NCBI GenBank assembly: GCA_964402055.1
Contig: CAYOAV010000003.1
Location: forward strand, 5,900 to 69,899
DNA from: an uncultured Ruminococcus sp.
GTDB lineage: Bacteria; Bacillota; Clostridia; Oscillospirales; Ruminococcaceae
Length of the DNA stretch: 64,000 bases
Direction of reading: 5' to 3'
A program made the translations under genes and the position numbers. Below are positions 28,946-39,521 of the stretch, one piece after another (the first letter of the stretch is position 1; each line of letters starts with the position of its first letter). The notes below the pieces were generated by a model. That model made no database searches. It saw only the letters and a list, made by a program, of their open reading frames with translations, and was not told the origin of the DNA.

Positions 28946-30014
28946 TTTCCGTTGCTTCCTCCTTTTCGTTATTCTCCTTCATACGGTGCATAATATGAAT
29001 ATCATCGGGAGTAAAGGAAATTCCTACCGATGCACCCTTTTCAGCCGCCTTTGTTGAATGAACTATCCAGCGGAAATCATAGCTTTCTATAAGCATTTCA
29101 TAATGAACGCCCTTGAAAATTACCGATTCAACTATTCCTCCAAGCTTAGCCTGTTCGGGCGGAACAAGTGTTATATCCTCTGGGCGGATAACAATATCAA
29201 CAGGAGTATTTTCACCAAATCCGCTATCCACACATTCAAACTGATGACCTGATATTTCAACAAGCCTGTCCTTTATCATAAGTCCTCGGAGAATGTTGCT
29301 TTCGCCGATAAAATCCGCTACAAATGCGTTGGTAGGTTCATTATATATATCAACCGGAGAGCCGATCTGCTGAATTTTACCGCCATTCATTACAACAACG
29401 GTATCACTCATTGTAAGAGCCTCTTCCTGATCGTGAGTAACATAGATAAATGTAATTTCAAGCTGTTCCTGAATACGCTTCAATTCTATCTGCATTTCCT
29501 TACGAAGCTTCAAGTCCAAAGCTCCGAGCGGTTCATCGAGCAAAAGTACCTTAGGGTGATTCACCAAAGCTCTTGCGATAGCTACACGTTGCTGCTGACC
29601 GCCTGAAAGACGGTGAATGCTTCTTTTTTCATAACCTGAAAGATTTACCAGCTTCAGCATTTCGGCAACACGCTTTGAAATCTCCTTTTCGGGAGTTTTT
29701 TTAACACGAAGTCCAAAAGCAATATTATCATAAACATTCAGATGAGGGAAAAGTGCATAACGCTGGAAAACGGTATTTACATTTCTTTTATACGGAGGAA
29801 GTCCGTTCACCCTCTGACCATCGAACATAACATCTCCGCTGTCGGGGTTTAAAAAGCCTCCGATGATACGAAGTGTAGTTGTTTTTCCGCAACCCGAAGG
29901 TCCGAGAAGAGTTACAAACTCCTTATCCTTTATTTCAAGGTTTATTTTATCAAGTATTCTTTCGCCGTCAAAATCAACGACAATGTCACTAAGAGTAACG
30001 ATATTTTCACTCAT
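28935..30014 (-). CDS. potA: Spermidine/putrescine ABC transporter ATPase PotA
   Basis: Walker [10 protein letters not shown], signature [15 protein letters not shown] and Walker B LLLDEPL. The ATG at 30014 has a GGAGG SD; the track start at 30152 lies in the promoter region. Confidence 0.9.
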   Translation of the reverse strand: MSENIVTLSDIVVDFDGERILDKINLEIKDKEFVTLLGPSGCGKTTTLRIIGGFLNPDSGDVMFDGQRVNGLPPYKRNVNTVFQRYALFPHLNVYDNIAFGLRVKKTPEKEISKRVAEMLKLVNLSGYEKRSIHRLSGGQQQRVAIARALVNHPKVLLLDEPLGALDLKLRKEMQIELKRIQEQLEITFIYVTHDQEEALTMSDTVVVMNGGKIQQIGSPVDIYNEPTNAFVADFIGESNILRGLMIKDRLVEISGHQFECVDSGFGENTPVDIVIRPEDITLVPPEQAKLGGIVESVIFKGVHYEMLIESYDFRWIVHSTKAAEKGASVGISFTPDDIHIMHRMKENNEKEEATENEE

Positions 30015-30135
30015 AATAATAAAGCCTCCCAATGCTCCAAAATAACATACAATAATAACTGTATAATTATTTGCAGGAAATGTCAAGAGATATTTCATTA
30101 ATTTATATAAAATTACAAAATTCCGCTTATTTTTA

Positions 30136-30168
30136 ATAAAAATCGGCGGCACAAGTTATGCACCGCCG
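30136..30168 (-). terminator. Intrinsic terminator after the M18 aminopeptidase gene
   Basis: The minus strand reads CGGCGG-tgcataacttgtg-CCGCCG followed by ATTTTTATT. Confidence 0.6.
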
Positions 30169-30174
30169 TAATAA

Positions 30175-31578
30175 TTATTCGCAGAAAAAAACGTAGAATG
30201 ACTTGTATGTCATATAAACATCAGTCTTTGCAACGACCTCAAAGGGTGCGTGCATTGAAATTACAGGAACACCAACGTCAATAACGTCCATATTCATATT
30301 CGCAAGATAAGCCGCAACTGTACCGCCGCCGCCACCGTCAACCTTACCAAGCTCTCCTGTCTGCCAGATAACATTTTTTTCATCAAGCATTGAACGTACT
30401 CTTGCAACAAATTCAGCCGAAGCGTCAGAAGTACCCGATTTTCCTCTTGCACCAGTAAATTTTGTTACGCAAACACCGTAATTCATAAATGCACAGTTTC
30501 TCTTATCCATAACATCGGGGAAAGTCGGATCAAATGCGGCATTTACATCTGCGGAGAGGCACTCTGTATTTGCGATAACAGTTCTGCCGTTAGCACCGAA
30601 GCAATCAGCAAGATTATAGAAGAAATGCTCAAGATAATCGGAGCAAAGGCCTGTATTACCGTCGCTGCCTGTTTCTTCCTTATCGGTAAGGACAACAACT
30701 GCTGTTTTATTTACGTTTGTGCAGTCAAGAATTGCTTTAAGTGCGGTATATGCACAGACCTTATCATCGTGACCGTATGCACCTACCATACTTCTGTCGA
30801 AGCCAACGTCCTTTGCCTTGAATGCAGGAACGGCTTCAAGCTCTGCTGAAAGGAAGTCCTCTTCAATGATACCGTATTTTTCGTTAAGAATAGCCGCAAT
30901 ATTGAGCTTTACCTTCTCGCTTACTTCATCGTCCTTGAATGGCATTGAGCCGACAAGAATATTAAGCTCCTCTCCCCTGATAAGCTCTGCAGGGGTACGC
31001 TTCATCTGATCTGTTGCAAGGTGCGGAAGAAGATCTGTAACGCAGAAAACAGGATCGTTTTCGTCCTCGCCGATATTTACATCGACTTTAGTGCCGTCCT
31101 TTCTGATAATAACACCATGGAGAGCAAGAGGGATAGCCGCCCACTGATATTTTTTAATTCCACCATAATAATGTGTTTTAAAGAGAGCTGTTTCGCTGTC
31201 CTCATAAAGTGGAAGCTGCTTTAAATCAAGTCTTGGCGAGTCGATATGTGCAGCGGCAAGGTGAACGCCCTTTTCAATTGGCTCACTGCCGATAACAGCA
31301 AGGATTATTGCCTTTCCTCTGTTATTGAAATAAATCTTGTCGCCTGCTTTAAGGCTCATACCGTTTGAAAAAGCCTTGAAGCCGCATTTTTCAGCAAGAG
31401 TTATAGTTTCAGTAACTGCTTCTCTTTCAATCTTTGCTTTATTGAGGAAGCTCTTATAATCCTCACAAAAGTCAAAACAGGTCTTGATCTCATCTGCATT
31501 CAATCTAAGTCCTGCGTGCTTTTTTGATATGCAGAGCTTTTCCTTAAGGAGCTGACCCTGCGATTTTTCTTTTGACAT
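30175..31578 (-). CDS. M18-family aminopeptidase
   Basis: About 467 aa. HLAAAHIDSPRLDLK and the C-terminal region ...ISMHAPFE are typical of M18 aminopeptidases. Confidence 0.8.
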   Translation of the reverse strand: MSKEKSQGQLLKEKLCISKKHAGLRLNADEIKTCFDFCEDYKSFLNKAKIEREAVTETITLAEKCGFKAFSNGMSLKAGDKIYFNNRGKAIILAVIGSEPIEKGVHLAAAHIDSPRLDLKQLPLYEDSETALFKTHYYGGIKKYQWAAIPLALHGVIIRKDGTKVDVNIGEDENDPVFCVTDLLPHLATDQMKRTPAELIRGEELNILVGSMPFKDDEVSEKVKLNIAAILNEKYGIIEEDFLSAELEAVPAFKAKDVGFDRSMVGAYGHDDKVCAYTALKAILDCTNVNKTAVVVLTDKEETGSDGNTGLCSDYLEHFFYNLADCFGANGRTVIANTECLSADVNAAFDPTFPDVMDKRNCAFMNYGVCVTKFTGARGKSGTSDASAEFVARVRSMLDEKNVIWQTGELGKVDGGGGGTVAAYLANMNMDVIDVGVPVISMHAPFEVVAKTDVYMTYKSFYVFFCE

Positions 31579-31591
31579 AAACATCGTCCTT

Positions 31592-32149
31592 TCATTTGTA
31601 TAAATTGGTGTAACTGCGATAGGCAGTCATAACCTTATGAACATAGTGAGCTGATGAGGAAGAGGGTATTTTATCAAGAGTTTTACCGTCAAGGCTGTAT
31701 TCCTTTTCGGAAAGCCATTTATTTACGCTTCCTCTTCCTGAAAAATATGCGGCAAGAGCAGTTTCCTCATCGTTATATTCGCTGTAAAGAAGCGAAAGCA
31801 GATAAGTGCCGTACTTGATATTCGATTCGGCAGTAAACATATCATCATATGTTATACCGTCATTATCATTCATACGGTAATCCACCCAATCGAAAGCGTC
31901 CTCCATAAGCTGCATAAGACCTCTTGCACCGACATCTGAAACAGCCTGCTCATCAAATCCGCTTTCAATTTTTATAACGGCATAAACCAAATATTTATCC
32001 ACACCGTAAGCCGCAGAATACTTCTCAACGTACTGATTATAATTCAGCGGATAGATATATTTTCTGCATAGTGCCTCGGCATTTACTCCGACATAAACAC
32101 CTGCGGCAATAATCAGCACCAGAAACAGTGACGCAAGCCTTTTACGCAT
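31592..32149 (-). CDS. Lytic transglycosylase (SLT domain), membrane-anchored
   Basis: IKIESGFDEQAVSDVGARGLMQL contains the catalytic Glu motif. The likely ATG is at 32149 (MRKRLASLFLVLII); the track start at 32209 lies inside coaE. Confidence 0.8.
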   Translation of the reverse strand: MRKRLASLFLVLIIAAGVYVGVNAEALCRKYIYPLNYNQYVEKYSAAYGVDKYLVYAVIKIESGFDEQAVSDVGARGLMQLMEDAFDWVDYRMNDNDGITYDDMFTAESNIKYGTYLLSLLYSEYNDEETALAAYFSGRGSVNKWLSEKEYSLDGKTLDKIPSSSSAHYVHKVMTAYRSYTNLYK

Positions 32150-32768
32150 TATTGCAATACTCCTTGACCTTGTCAGCGACTTCATTTGCCTTTTCAAGCA
32201 AAACATCAACGGATTTATTGTTTTTTATGATAAAATCAGAATGATTTACAAAAAATCTTTCGGAATGCTGAGATGAAAAACGCTCCTTTATCCTCTCGGC
32301 AGGCAGATCGTCACGCTTTGAAATGCGGCTTATTCTTGTAGCCTCGGGTGCTGTAACGCTTATTATCAGGTCGCAGAAGTCGTCAGCCCTGCTTTCAAAA
32401 AGAGTGGGTGCATCAAGCAGTACATATTTATTCCCATTCCGTGAATATTCCTTTATTTTCTGCAATATTTCAAATATTATGTATGGGTAAGAAATTGCGT
32501 TGAGCTGCTTGAGCTTAGTTTTATCGGTAAAAACAATTGCGGCAAGAGCCTTTCTATCAAGCTCTCCGTTTTCGGTGATAACTCCGCTTCCAAAGCATTC
32601 CTCAACCTCTTTAAGGCATGGCTTTCCTTTTTCCATAACCTCATGGGCGATAAGATCGGCATTTATAATATCAAAGCCTTTTTCTGAAAAAACCTTGCAT
32701 ACGGTGGTTTTCCCCGCTCCGCTCTGACCTGTAAGTCCGACCACAAATATATCGTCATTTTTACTCAT
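32142..32768 (-). CDS. coaE: Dephospho-CoA kinase
   Basis: 208 aa with the P-loop GLTGQSGAGKTT and family-typical length and order. Confidence 0.9.
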   Translation of the reverse strand: MSKNDDIFVVGLTGQSGAGKTTVCKVFSEKGFDIINADLIAHEVMEKGKPCLKEVEECFGSGVITENGELDRKALAAIVFTDKTKLKQLNAISYPYIIFEILQKIKEYSRNGNKYVLLDAPTLFESRADDFCDLIISVTAPEATRISRISKRDDLPAERIKERFSSQHSERFFVNHSDFIIKNNKSVDVLLEKANEVADKVKEYCNNA

Positions 32769-33778
32769 ACATTCACCACCTCGAATCCTGCCGCCCTCAA
32801 AAGCCTGTTATAAACAGCAAGTCCAACACCGCTTCTTGACGGACAACGGACATAAAGCTGTGAGATCCCCTGCTCGTCCGCATTCCGCAATGCCGCAAAA
32901 AGCTGTGCCGCCTGTTCCTCTGCGGTATCGCCGTAAGTCATATTTATCACATTTTCACACGGATTATCGCTGTCAAATATCATAGCACAAACGCCGTTGC
33001 CTGTATGCTCCTCAACATATTTGCAAAAGGAATCGTAATCTCCGCAAACTATTGTTACATTTGCTTTCGGAGAATAATGCTTATATTTCATTCCTGGAGA
33101 AAGCACTCTTTCGCCCTCGGCGACAGGCTCAACAATGCCCTTATCCGTAAAAACAGGAACATTAAATAATCCTAACTCCTCGGCGGAAACATATCCGGGG
33201 CGAAGCAGTCTTATCCCATTATTTTCAAAGGAAATGACCGTGCTTTCTACACCTACTCCGCAAGCACCGCCGTCAATTATTGCAGGTATTCTTCCGTTCA
33301 TATCGTCCATAACGTGACGTGCGGTTGTCGGGCTGGGACTTCCTGAAAGATTTGCTGACGGAGCGGCAATAGCCTTACCGCTTAATTCTATGAGCTGACG
33401 TGCTGTTTTATGAAAAGGGATACGAATACCAACAGTTTCAAGACCGCCGCTTGTGGTATATGGGATATTATCACGCTTCGGAAGTATCATAGTAATAGGA
33501 CCAGGGCAGAATTTTTCCGCAATTTTATACGCAAGCTCAGGAACATTACATACATATTTTTCCATATCATTCACCGATGCAAGATGAACGATAAGTGGAT
33601 TATCGGCAGGTCTGCCCTTAGCGGCAAAAATTTTCCTTACAGCGTCCTCATTTTCAGCGTCTGCGGCAAGACCATAAACGGTTTCCGTAGGCATACCGAC
33701 AACCTCGCCATTTTTTATAAGCTCAGCGGCATATTCAACATCGGCAATATCCGATGAAAGCAGCTTTGTTTCAAACAT
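32765..33778 (-). CDS. tsaC: L-threonylcarbamoyladenylate synthase (Sua5/YwlC type, TsaC domain plus Sua5 C-terminal domain)
   Basis: 337 aa with PTETVYGLAADA and KGRPADNPLIVH motifs. It lies next to prfA as in Bacillus (prfA...ywlC). Confidence 0.9.
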   Translation of the reverse strand: MFETKLLSSDIADVEYAAELIKNGEVVGMPTETVYGLAADAENEDAVRKIFAAKGRPADNPLIVHLASVNDMEKYVCNVPELAYKIAEKFCPGPITMILPKRDNIPYTTSGGLETVGIRIPFHKTARQLIELSGKAIAAPSANLSGSPSPTTARHVMDDMNGRIPAIIDGGACGVGVESTVISFENNGIRLLRPGYVSAEELGLFNVPVFTDKGIVEPVAEGERVLSPGMKYKHYSPKANVTIVCGDYDSFCKYVEEHTGNGVCAMIFDSDNPCENVINMTYGDTAEEQAAQLFAALRNADEQGISQLYVRCPSRSGVGLAVYNRLLRAAGFEVVNV

Positions 33779-33792
33779 TTCTGTGCAGCTCC

Positions 33793-34866
33793 TTATTCAT
33801 CTCTTGCAGAAAGCTTTGCAGCTGCGTCTGCCGTAGCAAGAGCGTCAATTACCTCGTCAAGATTTCCGTTAAGTATACTTTCAAGACGATAAATAGTCAA
33901 GCCTATACGATGATCGGTAAGACGGCTTTCTGGAAAATTATAGGTTCTGATACGCTCGGAGCGGTTTCCAGTTCCGACCTGCGAACGTCTTTCAGAAGCT
34001 ATTTTTTCATTCTGTTCTTCAAGCATTGCTTCATAAAGCCTTGAACGAAGTATCTTCATAGCTCTGTCCTTATTCTTGTACTGACTGCGTTCGTCCTGAC
34101 ACTCGACAACAACACCTGTCGGAAGATGCGTTATTCTGACAGCAGATTCAGTCTTATTGATATGCTGACCGCCCGCACCTGAAGCACGGAAAACATCTAT
34201 TTTAAGATCAGTCGGATTAATTTCAAGCTCAACCTCGTCAGCTTCGACAAGGACAGCGACAGTTACCGTTGAGGTATGCACTCTGCCCTGCGATTCAGTT
34301 TCGGGAACTCGCTGAACACGATGAACTCCGCTTTCATATTTTAATCTTGAATATGCACCCTCACCGATGACATTAAAGCTTATTTCCTTTATACCGCCAA
34401 GCTCTGTTCCGTTAATGTTAAGAACCTCGGTTTTCCAGCGTTTGCTCTCGGCATACATTGAATACATTCTATAAAGCGAATTTGCAAACAATGCCGCTTC
34501 CTCGCCGCCTGCACCGCCTCTTATCTCAATAATAACGTTTTTGTCATCGTTTGGATCCTTAGGAAGAAGCATAATTTTAAGCTCCTCGGAAATTTCCTCA
34601 AGCTTTGCCTTAGCGTCCTCAAGCTCCGCTTCTGCAAGCTCCTTCATCTCGCTGTCAGTCATTTTATCAGCAAGAAGCTCCTCTGCGTCTGTTTTATCGG
34701 AAAGTATCTTACAATATTCACGATATTTCTCCACAACGGGAGTAAGGTTCTTATACTCCTTCATATAAGAGGCATATGCCTTTGTATCGCTGATAATATC
34801 GGGATTCATAAGCTTTTCAGCAATATCGTTATATTTTTCTTCAGTAAGTTTAAGCTTTTCGAGCAT
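33793..34866 (-). CDS. prfA: Peptide chain release factor 1
   Basis: 357 aa with the GGQ motif ([19 protein letters not shown]) and a PxT-type tripeptide (PET). Confidence 0.95.
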   Translation of the reverse strand: MLEKLKLTEEKYNDIAEKLMNPDIISDTKAYASYMKEYKNLTPVVEKYREYCKILSDKTDAEELLADKMTDSEMKELAEAELEDAKAKLEEISEELKIMLLPKDPNDDKNVIIEIRGGAGGEEAALFANSLYRMYSMYAESKRWKTEVLNINGTELGGIKEISFNVIGEGAYSRLKYESGVHRVQRVPETESQGRVHTSTVTVAVLVEADEVELEINPTDLKIDVFRASGAGGQHINKTESAVRITHLPTGVVVECQDERSQYKNKDRAMKILRSRLYEAMLEEQNEKIASERRSQVGTGNRSERIRTYNFPESRLTDHRIGLTIYRLESILNGNLDEVIDALATADAAAKLSARDE

Positions 34867-34878
34867 AGCTATCTCCTT

Positions 34879-35073
34879 TTATTCTTCTGTATTTTCATCA
34901 CGGCTGACTTTTTTTATATTTTTTTCAATTTTATTTCTTGGCGTCATAAATTCACGTCCACAGCCCTCACATCGGAGTTTAAAATCCATTCCCGAACGCA
35001 GAACAAACATTTTATTACTGCCGCATGGGTGATTTTTTTTCATAGTAAGTACATCATTCGGGCGAATATCCAT
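34879..35073 (-). CDS. DUF951 family small protein
   Basis: 64 aa. LTMKKNHPCGSN...CEGCGR is the DUF951 pattern. Confidence 0.7.
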   Translation of the reverse strand: MDIRPNDVLTMKKNHPCGSNKMFVLRSGMDFKLRCEGCGREFMTPRNKIEKNIKKVSRDENTEE

Positions 35074-35276
35074 TTTTCAAGCTCCTTTTATCCGATTATT
35101 ACCGTAATTATTTTACCCCTATCGGGCAATACTAAGGAAACACTGATTAATACGTTTCTGCCGTTTTTCAAAATATCCTCAAAGACGGAAACTCGCTCAT
35201 TTTTCAAAACGGCGAAACGAGCGCTTCGCTTTAATCAGCGTATTCCTAAAAAAACAAAGAAAGGAAAATCATAAAT

Positions 35277-35624
35277 ATGAAAATCACAGCTGAATTTAAT
35301 TCCATAAACTCCGCAGACCTTGCCGCCGCAAGCATACGAAAAAATATATCGCCGTTTTCCGATATAAAAACAACAAATCTGAGCCATCATTCCGAAATAT
35401 CCTTCAACCGTCTTACAGCCGCTTTTGGAAACGGAAATCCTGCTATAGGTCCTAATATGTACACCTATCCTCTGCCGTATACATCGCTTAATTCGCAAGG
35501 AATTGATACGGAACAGGAGCATAACAAGGTCATACTTGAAGTAGTATGCACCGCCGAGGACAGAAAAAAAGTATCATCAATAATAATCAACGGCGGCGGC
35601 TATGAAATATCGGAACAAAACTGA
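35277..35624 (+). CDS. Hypothetical protein
   Basis: 115 aa with an AAAGGAAAA SD-like stretch upstream. No family was recognised. Confidence 0.35.
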   Translation: MKITAEFNSINSADLAAASIRKNISPFSDIKTTNLSHHSEISFNRLTAAFGNGNPAIGPNMYTYPLPYTSLNSQGIDTEQEHNKVILEVVCTAEDRKKVSSIIINGGGYEISEQN

Positions 35625-35791
35625 TCCAACAACAATGAACCACACAAAAATCCGCACTTTCAGAAAAATGACAATCTGCGGATTTTTCTATGCTTCTGCG
35701 TTTTTTTAGTTTTTGTCTTATTGCATATATTCCCATACATCGGCATAAACTTGAAGAGAAAAATCCGATACCAAAATATGGGAGGTACAAA

Positions 35792-36724
35792 ATGAACAAC
35801 TATTACCCTGAGGGTTGGCTTATCACATCACCCGAAAACACCGCCGCTTTAAAAAATATTTTTTCGCTCCGAACAGCGATGTCACAAGAAAAAATTCTTG
35901 AAGCAAGAGCGGTTGTATGCGATAATGAACACAATCTTATTGTAGAATTGCCCTGTTCCGAATGCCCGAAAGGAATTATCCCCCGAATCGAGGGAGCGAT
36001 AGGCATTGAGGACGGCTCAACAAAGGATATTGCACTCATAACCAAGGTCAACAAGCCTGTTTGCTTCAAAATATTAAAGCTCATAAAAAATCCCGATGGG
36101 ATATTTACTGCGATCCTTTCAAGACGTGCGGCTCAGGAGGAATGTTACGAAAATTACATCTCGTCACTTCAAAACGGAGATATAATTCCTGCTCGTGTTA
36201 CTCATCTTGAACAATTCGGTGCTTTTGTAGATGTAGGATGCGGTATTCCGTCGCTTATTCCAATTGATTCAATATCCGTTTCAAGAATATCACACCCCTC
36301 TGACCGTTTTTCGCAATTTCAGGACATAAGAGTCATAGTCAAGGGTACGAACGGCAATAAGCTACTTTTATCACACAAAGAGCTTCTCGGAACATGGGAA
36401 GAAAACGCCACTCTGTTCAACTGCGGCGAAACAGTTTCGGGAATAGTTCGTTCCGTTGAGGATTACGGTGTATTTGTTGAGCTTGCACCTAATCTTGCAG
36501 GACTTGCCGAACCTAAAGAAAACATCCGTGCAGGTGACAATGCAAGCGTATACATAAAATCCATAATTCCTGAAAAAATGAAGATAAAGCTGATTATAGT
36601 TGATGTTTTCAAGGAACAGCGAACAAAACAACCGTTAAATTATTTTTACAGCGGCGAACATATTTCGCACTGGATATATTCCTCTCCAGATTCGGGTAAG
36701 CTTATCGAAAGCTATTTTTGCTGA
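35792..36724 (+). CDS. S1 RNA-binding domain protein (two S1 domains)
   Basis: The ATG at 35792 has a GGGAGG SD. The S1 cores are GDIIPARVTHLEQFGAFVDVG and GETVSGIVRSVEDYGVFVELA. Confidence 0.75.
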   Translation: MNNYYPEGWLITSPENTAALKNIFSLRTAMSQEKILEARAVVCDNEHNLIVELPCSECPKGIIPRIEGAIGIEDGSTKDIALITKVNKPVCFKILKLIKNPDGIFTAILSRRAAQEECYENYISSLQNGDIIPARVTHLEQFGAFVDVGCGIPSLIPIDSISVSRISHPSDRFSQFQDIRVIVKGTNGNKLLLSHKELLGTWEENATLFNCGETVSGIVRSVEDYGVFVELAPNLAGLAEPKENIRAGDNASVYIKSIIPEKMKIKLIIVDVFKEQRTKQPLNYFYSGEHISHWIYSSPDSGKLIESYFC

Positions 36725-37998
36725 CGTTTTTCCTCATCGGCAAGTATTTTATTTCTGTAAGCAAGTGCCGCCTGTTCGGTTTTATTCTCACCGAATTTAT
36801 AATAAACCTTATTTTTGAGCGGATCAGGAAGATATTGCTGTCTTACATAATGATTGGGATAATCATGTGGATAAAGGTAATGCTGACCTCTAACAGCCGC
36901 TCCCTCTCCGTCAAAATGCGTATTCTGAAGATGACGTGGAAAATCACCGATCTCACCGTTTTGTATATCGGATAAAGCGTCATTTATTGCAAGGTAGGCA
37001 CTATTTGATTTTGGGGCGGTCGCAAGCAGGATAACAGCCTGTGCAAGAGGTATCCTCGCTTCAGGCAGACCGAGCTGCATAGCATTATCAACACAGGCTT
37101 TTACGATGACTGCCGCCTGTGGATAAGCCAAACCTACATCTTCACTTGCAATAACAAGAAGCCGCCTTGAAAGTGAAATAATATCGCCTGTTTCGATAAG
37201 ACGTGCGGCATAGTGTATCGCCGCATTCTCATCCGAACCCCGAATTGACTTTTGCAAGGCTGAAAGAATATCATAATGCTGGTCGCCGTCACGGTCATAT
37301 TTCATATTGCTTCGTTGAGTAAGCTCCTCAGCGATCTCCATTGTAACACGTATTTCAGAGCCGTCATTTTCTCCCGAAAGCACGCAAAGCTCGGCGGTAT
37401 TTATAGATTTACGGACATCACCGCCGCAGCCTCTTGCGATATATTCAGCCGCACCCTTTTCCACCTTTACTGTCATACCAAGCTGTTCAGCCGCCAGTCT
37501 GAAAGCACGGTTCACCGCAGGGACAAGCTCCTCTGCGGAAACAGGCTTGAACTCAAAGACAGTTGAACGGCTTATAATTGCATTATAAACATAAAAATAT
37601 GGATTTTCCGTAGTTGAAGCTATAAGCGTTATCTGACCGTTTTCAATATATTCAAGAAGTGACTGCTGCTGTTTTTTATTAAGATACTGTATCTCATCGA
37701 GATAAAGCAATATTCCGCCGATACCATCAATAGTATTGGTATCATCTATGACTTCCTTAATATCGGCAATTGAAGCAGATGTACCATTTAACTTATGCAG
37801 CTTCATACCTGCATTTTCGGCGATAATTCGTGCAACAGTAGTTTTACCGATACCTGCACTGCCATAGAAAATCATATTCGGTATTTTACCGCCCTCAATT
37901 ATCCTGCGAAGCGGCTTACCCTCGCCGAGAATATGCTTCTGACCGACAACATCGTCAAGGGTTTTAGGACGTATTCTGTCAGCAAGCGGTATATTCAT
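36712..37998 (-). CDS. rarA: Replication-associated recombination protein A (RarA/MgsA AAA+ ATPase)
   Basis: 428 aa. RPKTLDDVVGQKHILG, Walker A GSAGIGKTT, LYLDEIQYLNK and the C-terminal MgsA domain (HYDILSALQKSIRGSD) are present. Confidence 0.9.
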   Translation of the reverse strand: MNIPLADRIRPKTLDDVVGQKHILGEGKPLRRIIEGGKIPNMIFYGSAGIGKTTVARIIAENAGMKLHKLNGTSASIADIKEVIDDTNTIDGIGGILLYLDEIQYLNKKQQQSLLEYIENGQITLIASTTENPYFYVYNAIISRSTVFEFKPVSAEELVPAVNRAFRLAAEQLGMTVKVEKGAAEYIARGCGGDVRKSINTAELCVLSGENDGSEIRVTMEIAEELTQRSNMKYDRDGDQHYDILSALQKSIRGSDENAAIHYAARLIETGDIISLSRRLLVIASEDVGLAYPQAAVIVKACVDNAMQLGLPEARIPLAQAVILLATAPKSNSAYLAINDALSDIQNGEIGDFPRHLQNTHFDGEGAAVRGQHYLYPHDYPNHYVRQQYLPDPLKNKVYYKFGENKTEQAALAYRNKILADEEKRQQK

Positions 37999-38075
37999 GT
38001 CAGTCCTCCCTTTCCGACATTTTTCGGGGAACAGAAAGCACCGTTCCCCGATAAAAGATATATTTCATTTTTTTC

Positions 38076-39329
38076 TTACATATAAAGAGGATACTTAGCA
38101 CATATCTCATTAACGCCATTTCTGATTTCATCAGCCTTAGCTTCAAAATCAGTTGCAGTGAGATACATAAACTCTGCTATCTTTTCCATATCCTCAACAC
38201 CAAGACCTCTTGTTGTAACTGCGGGAGTTCCAACTCTTATTCCGCTTGTAACAAACGGCTTTTCAGGATCGTTAGGAATAGCATTCTTATTTACGGTGAT
38301 ATAAACCTCGTCAAGACGATGCTCAAATTCCTTACCTGTAAGCTTGAAAGGACGGAGATCAACAAGCATAAGGTGATTATCCGTACCGCCCGAAACAAGG
38401 TCAAAGCCTCTGTCAAGCAATCCCTTTGCAAGAGCCTGTGCATTTGCAACGATGTTTTTTCCATATTCCTTAAATTCAGGCTTAAGAGCCTCGCCGAAGC
38501 ATACAGCCTTACCTGCGATAACGTGCATAAGAGGGCCGCCCTGAATACCAGGGAAAATAGCCTTATTTATCTTCTTAGCAAGCTCCTCATCATTTGTAAG
38601 GATAAGACCGCCTCTTGGACCACGGAGAGTTTTATGTGTAGTTGTGGTTGTGATATGAGCATAAGGAACAGGAGATGGGTGAACACCAGCGGCAACAAGA
38701 CCAGCGATATGAGCCATATCCACCATAAGCATAGCACCGACTTCATCTGCGATAGCACGAAGTCTTGGGAAATCAATGATTCTCGGATAAGCAGAAGCAC
38801 CTGCGACTATAAGCTTAGGCTTGCATTCCTTAGCCATTGCTTCAACCTTATCATAATCAATAGTTTCATCATCGCCAAGTCCATAGGAAACGAAATTGAA
38901 ATACTTACCCGAAAGATTTACAGGAGAACCATGTGTAAGATGACCGCCATGTGCAAGCGACATACCCATTACAGTATCGCCCGGTTCAAGCAGAGCGAAA
39001 TAAACTGCTGTATTAGCCTGTGCACCTGAATGAGCCTGAACATTTGCAAAGCCTGCACCGAAAAGCTCTTTAGCTCTTTCGATAGCTATATTTTCAACGA
39101 TATCAACGTCCTCACAGCCGCCGTAATAACGCTTTCCGGGGTAGCCCTCGGCATACTTATTTGTAAGCACGCTTCCCATAGCAGCCATAACGGCAGGAGT
39201 AACGATATTTTCACTTGCGATAAGCTCAAGATTGCGACGCTGTCTGCCAAGCTCAAGCTCCATAGCAGAGCCGACCTCGGGATCAGCATTCTTGACAAAG
39301 CCTATTGTATCCATAATATTCTCGTACAT
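38076..39329 (-). CDS. glyA: Serine hydroxymethyltransferase
   Basis: LELIASEN, the PLP-Lys context [14 protein letters not shown]. The ATG at 39329 lies 8 nt after an AAAGGA SD; the track start is a TTG at 39353. Confidence 0.95.
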   Translation of the reverse strand: MYENIMDTIGFVKNADPEVGSAMELELGRQRRNLELIASENIVTPAVMAAMGSVLTNKYAEGYPGKRYYGGCEDVDIVENIAIERAKELFGAGFANVQAHSGAQANTAVYFALLEPGDTVMGMSLAHGGHLTHGSPVNLSGKYFNFVSYGLGDDETIDYDKVEAMAKECKPKLIVAGASAYPRIIDFPRLRAIADEVGAMLMVDMAHIAGLVAAGVHPSPVPYAHITTTTTHKTLRGPRGGLILTNDEELAKKINKAIFPGIQGGPLMHVIAGKAVCFGEALKPEFKEYGKNIVANAQALAKGLLDRGFDLVSGGTDNHLMLVDLRPFKLTGKEFEHRLDEVYITVNKNAIPNDPEKPFVTSGIRVGTPAVTTRGLGVEDMEKIAEFMYLTATDFEAKADEIRNGVNEICAKYPLYM

Positions 39330-39484
39330 AGTGATCATCCTTTCATCTGACAAATATATAACAGTATTATACTACATTTATACAATTTTGGCAAGTGTTT
39401 TCAGCCATTTAGGCATATTTATTTTAATTTTGAGAAAATTTCTCTTTTTTAAGCAAAAATATTTCGCATTTTTCATCATATTGC

Positions 39485-39517
39485 AAAAAATCCGCCCATT
39501 TTTCAACGGACGGATTT
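39485..39517 (-). terminator. Intrinsic terminator of the glutamine synthetase gene
   Basis: The minus strand reads AATCCGTCC-gttgaaaaat-GGGCGGATT followed by TTTTTT, 5 nt after the stop. Confidence 0.7.
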
Positions 39518-39521
39518 AATG

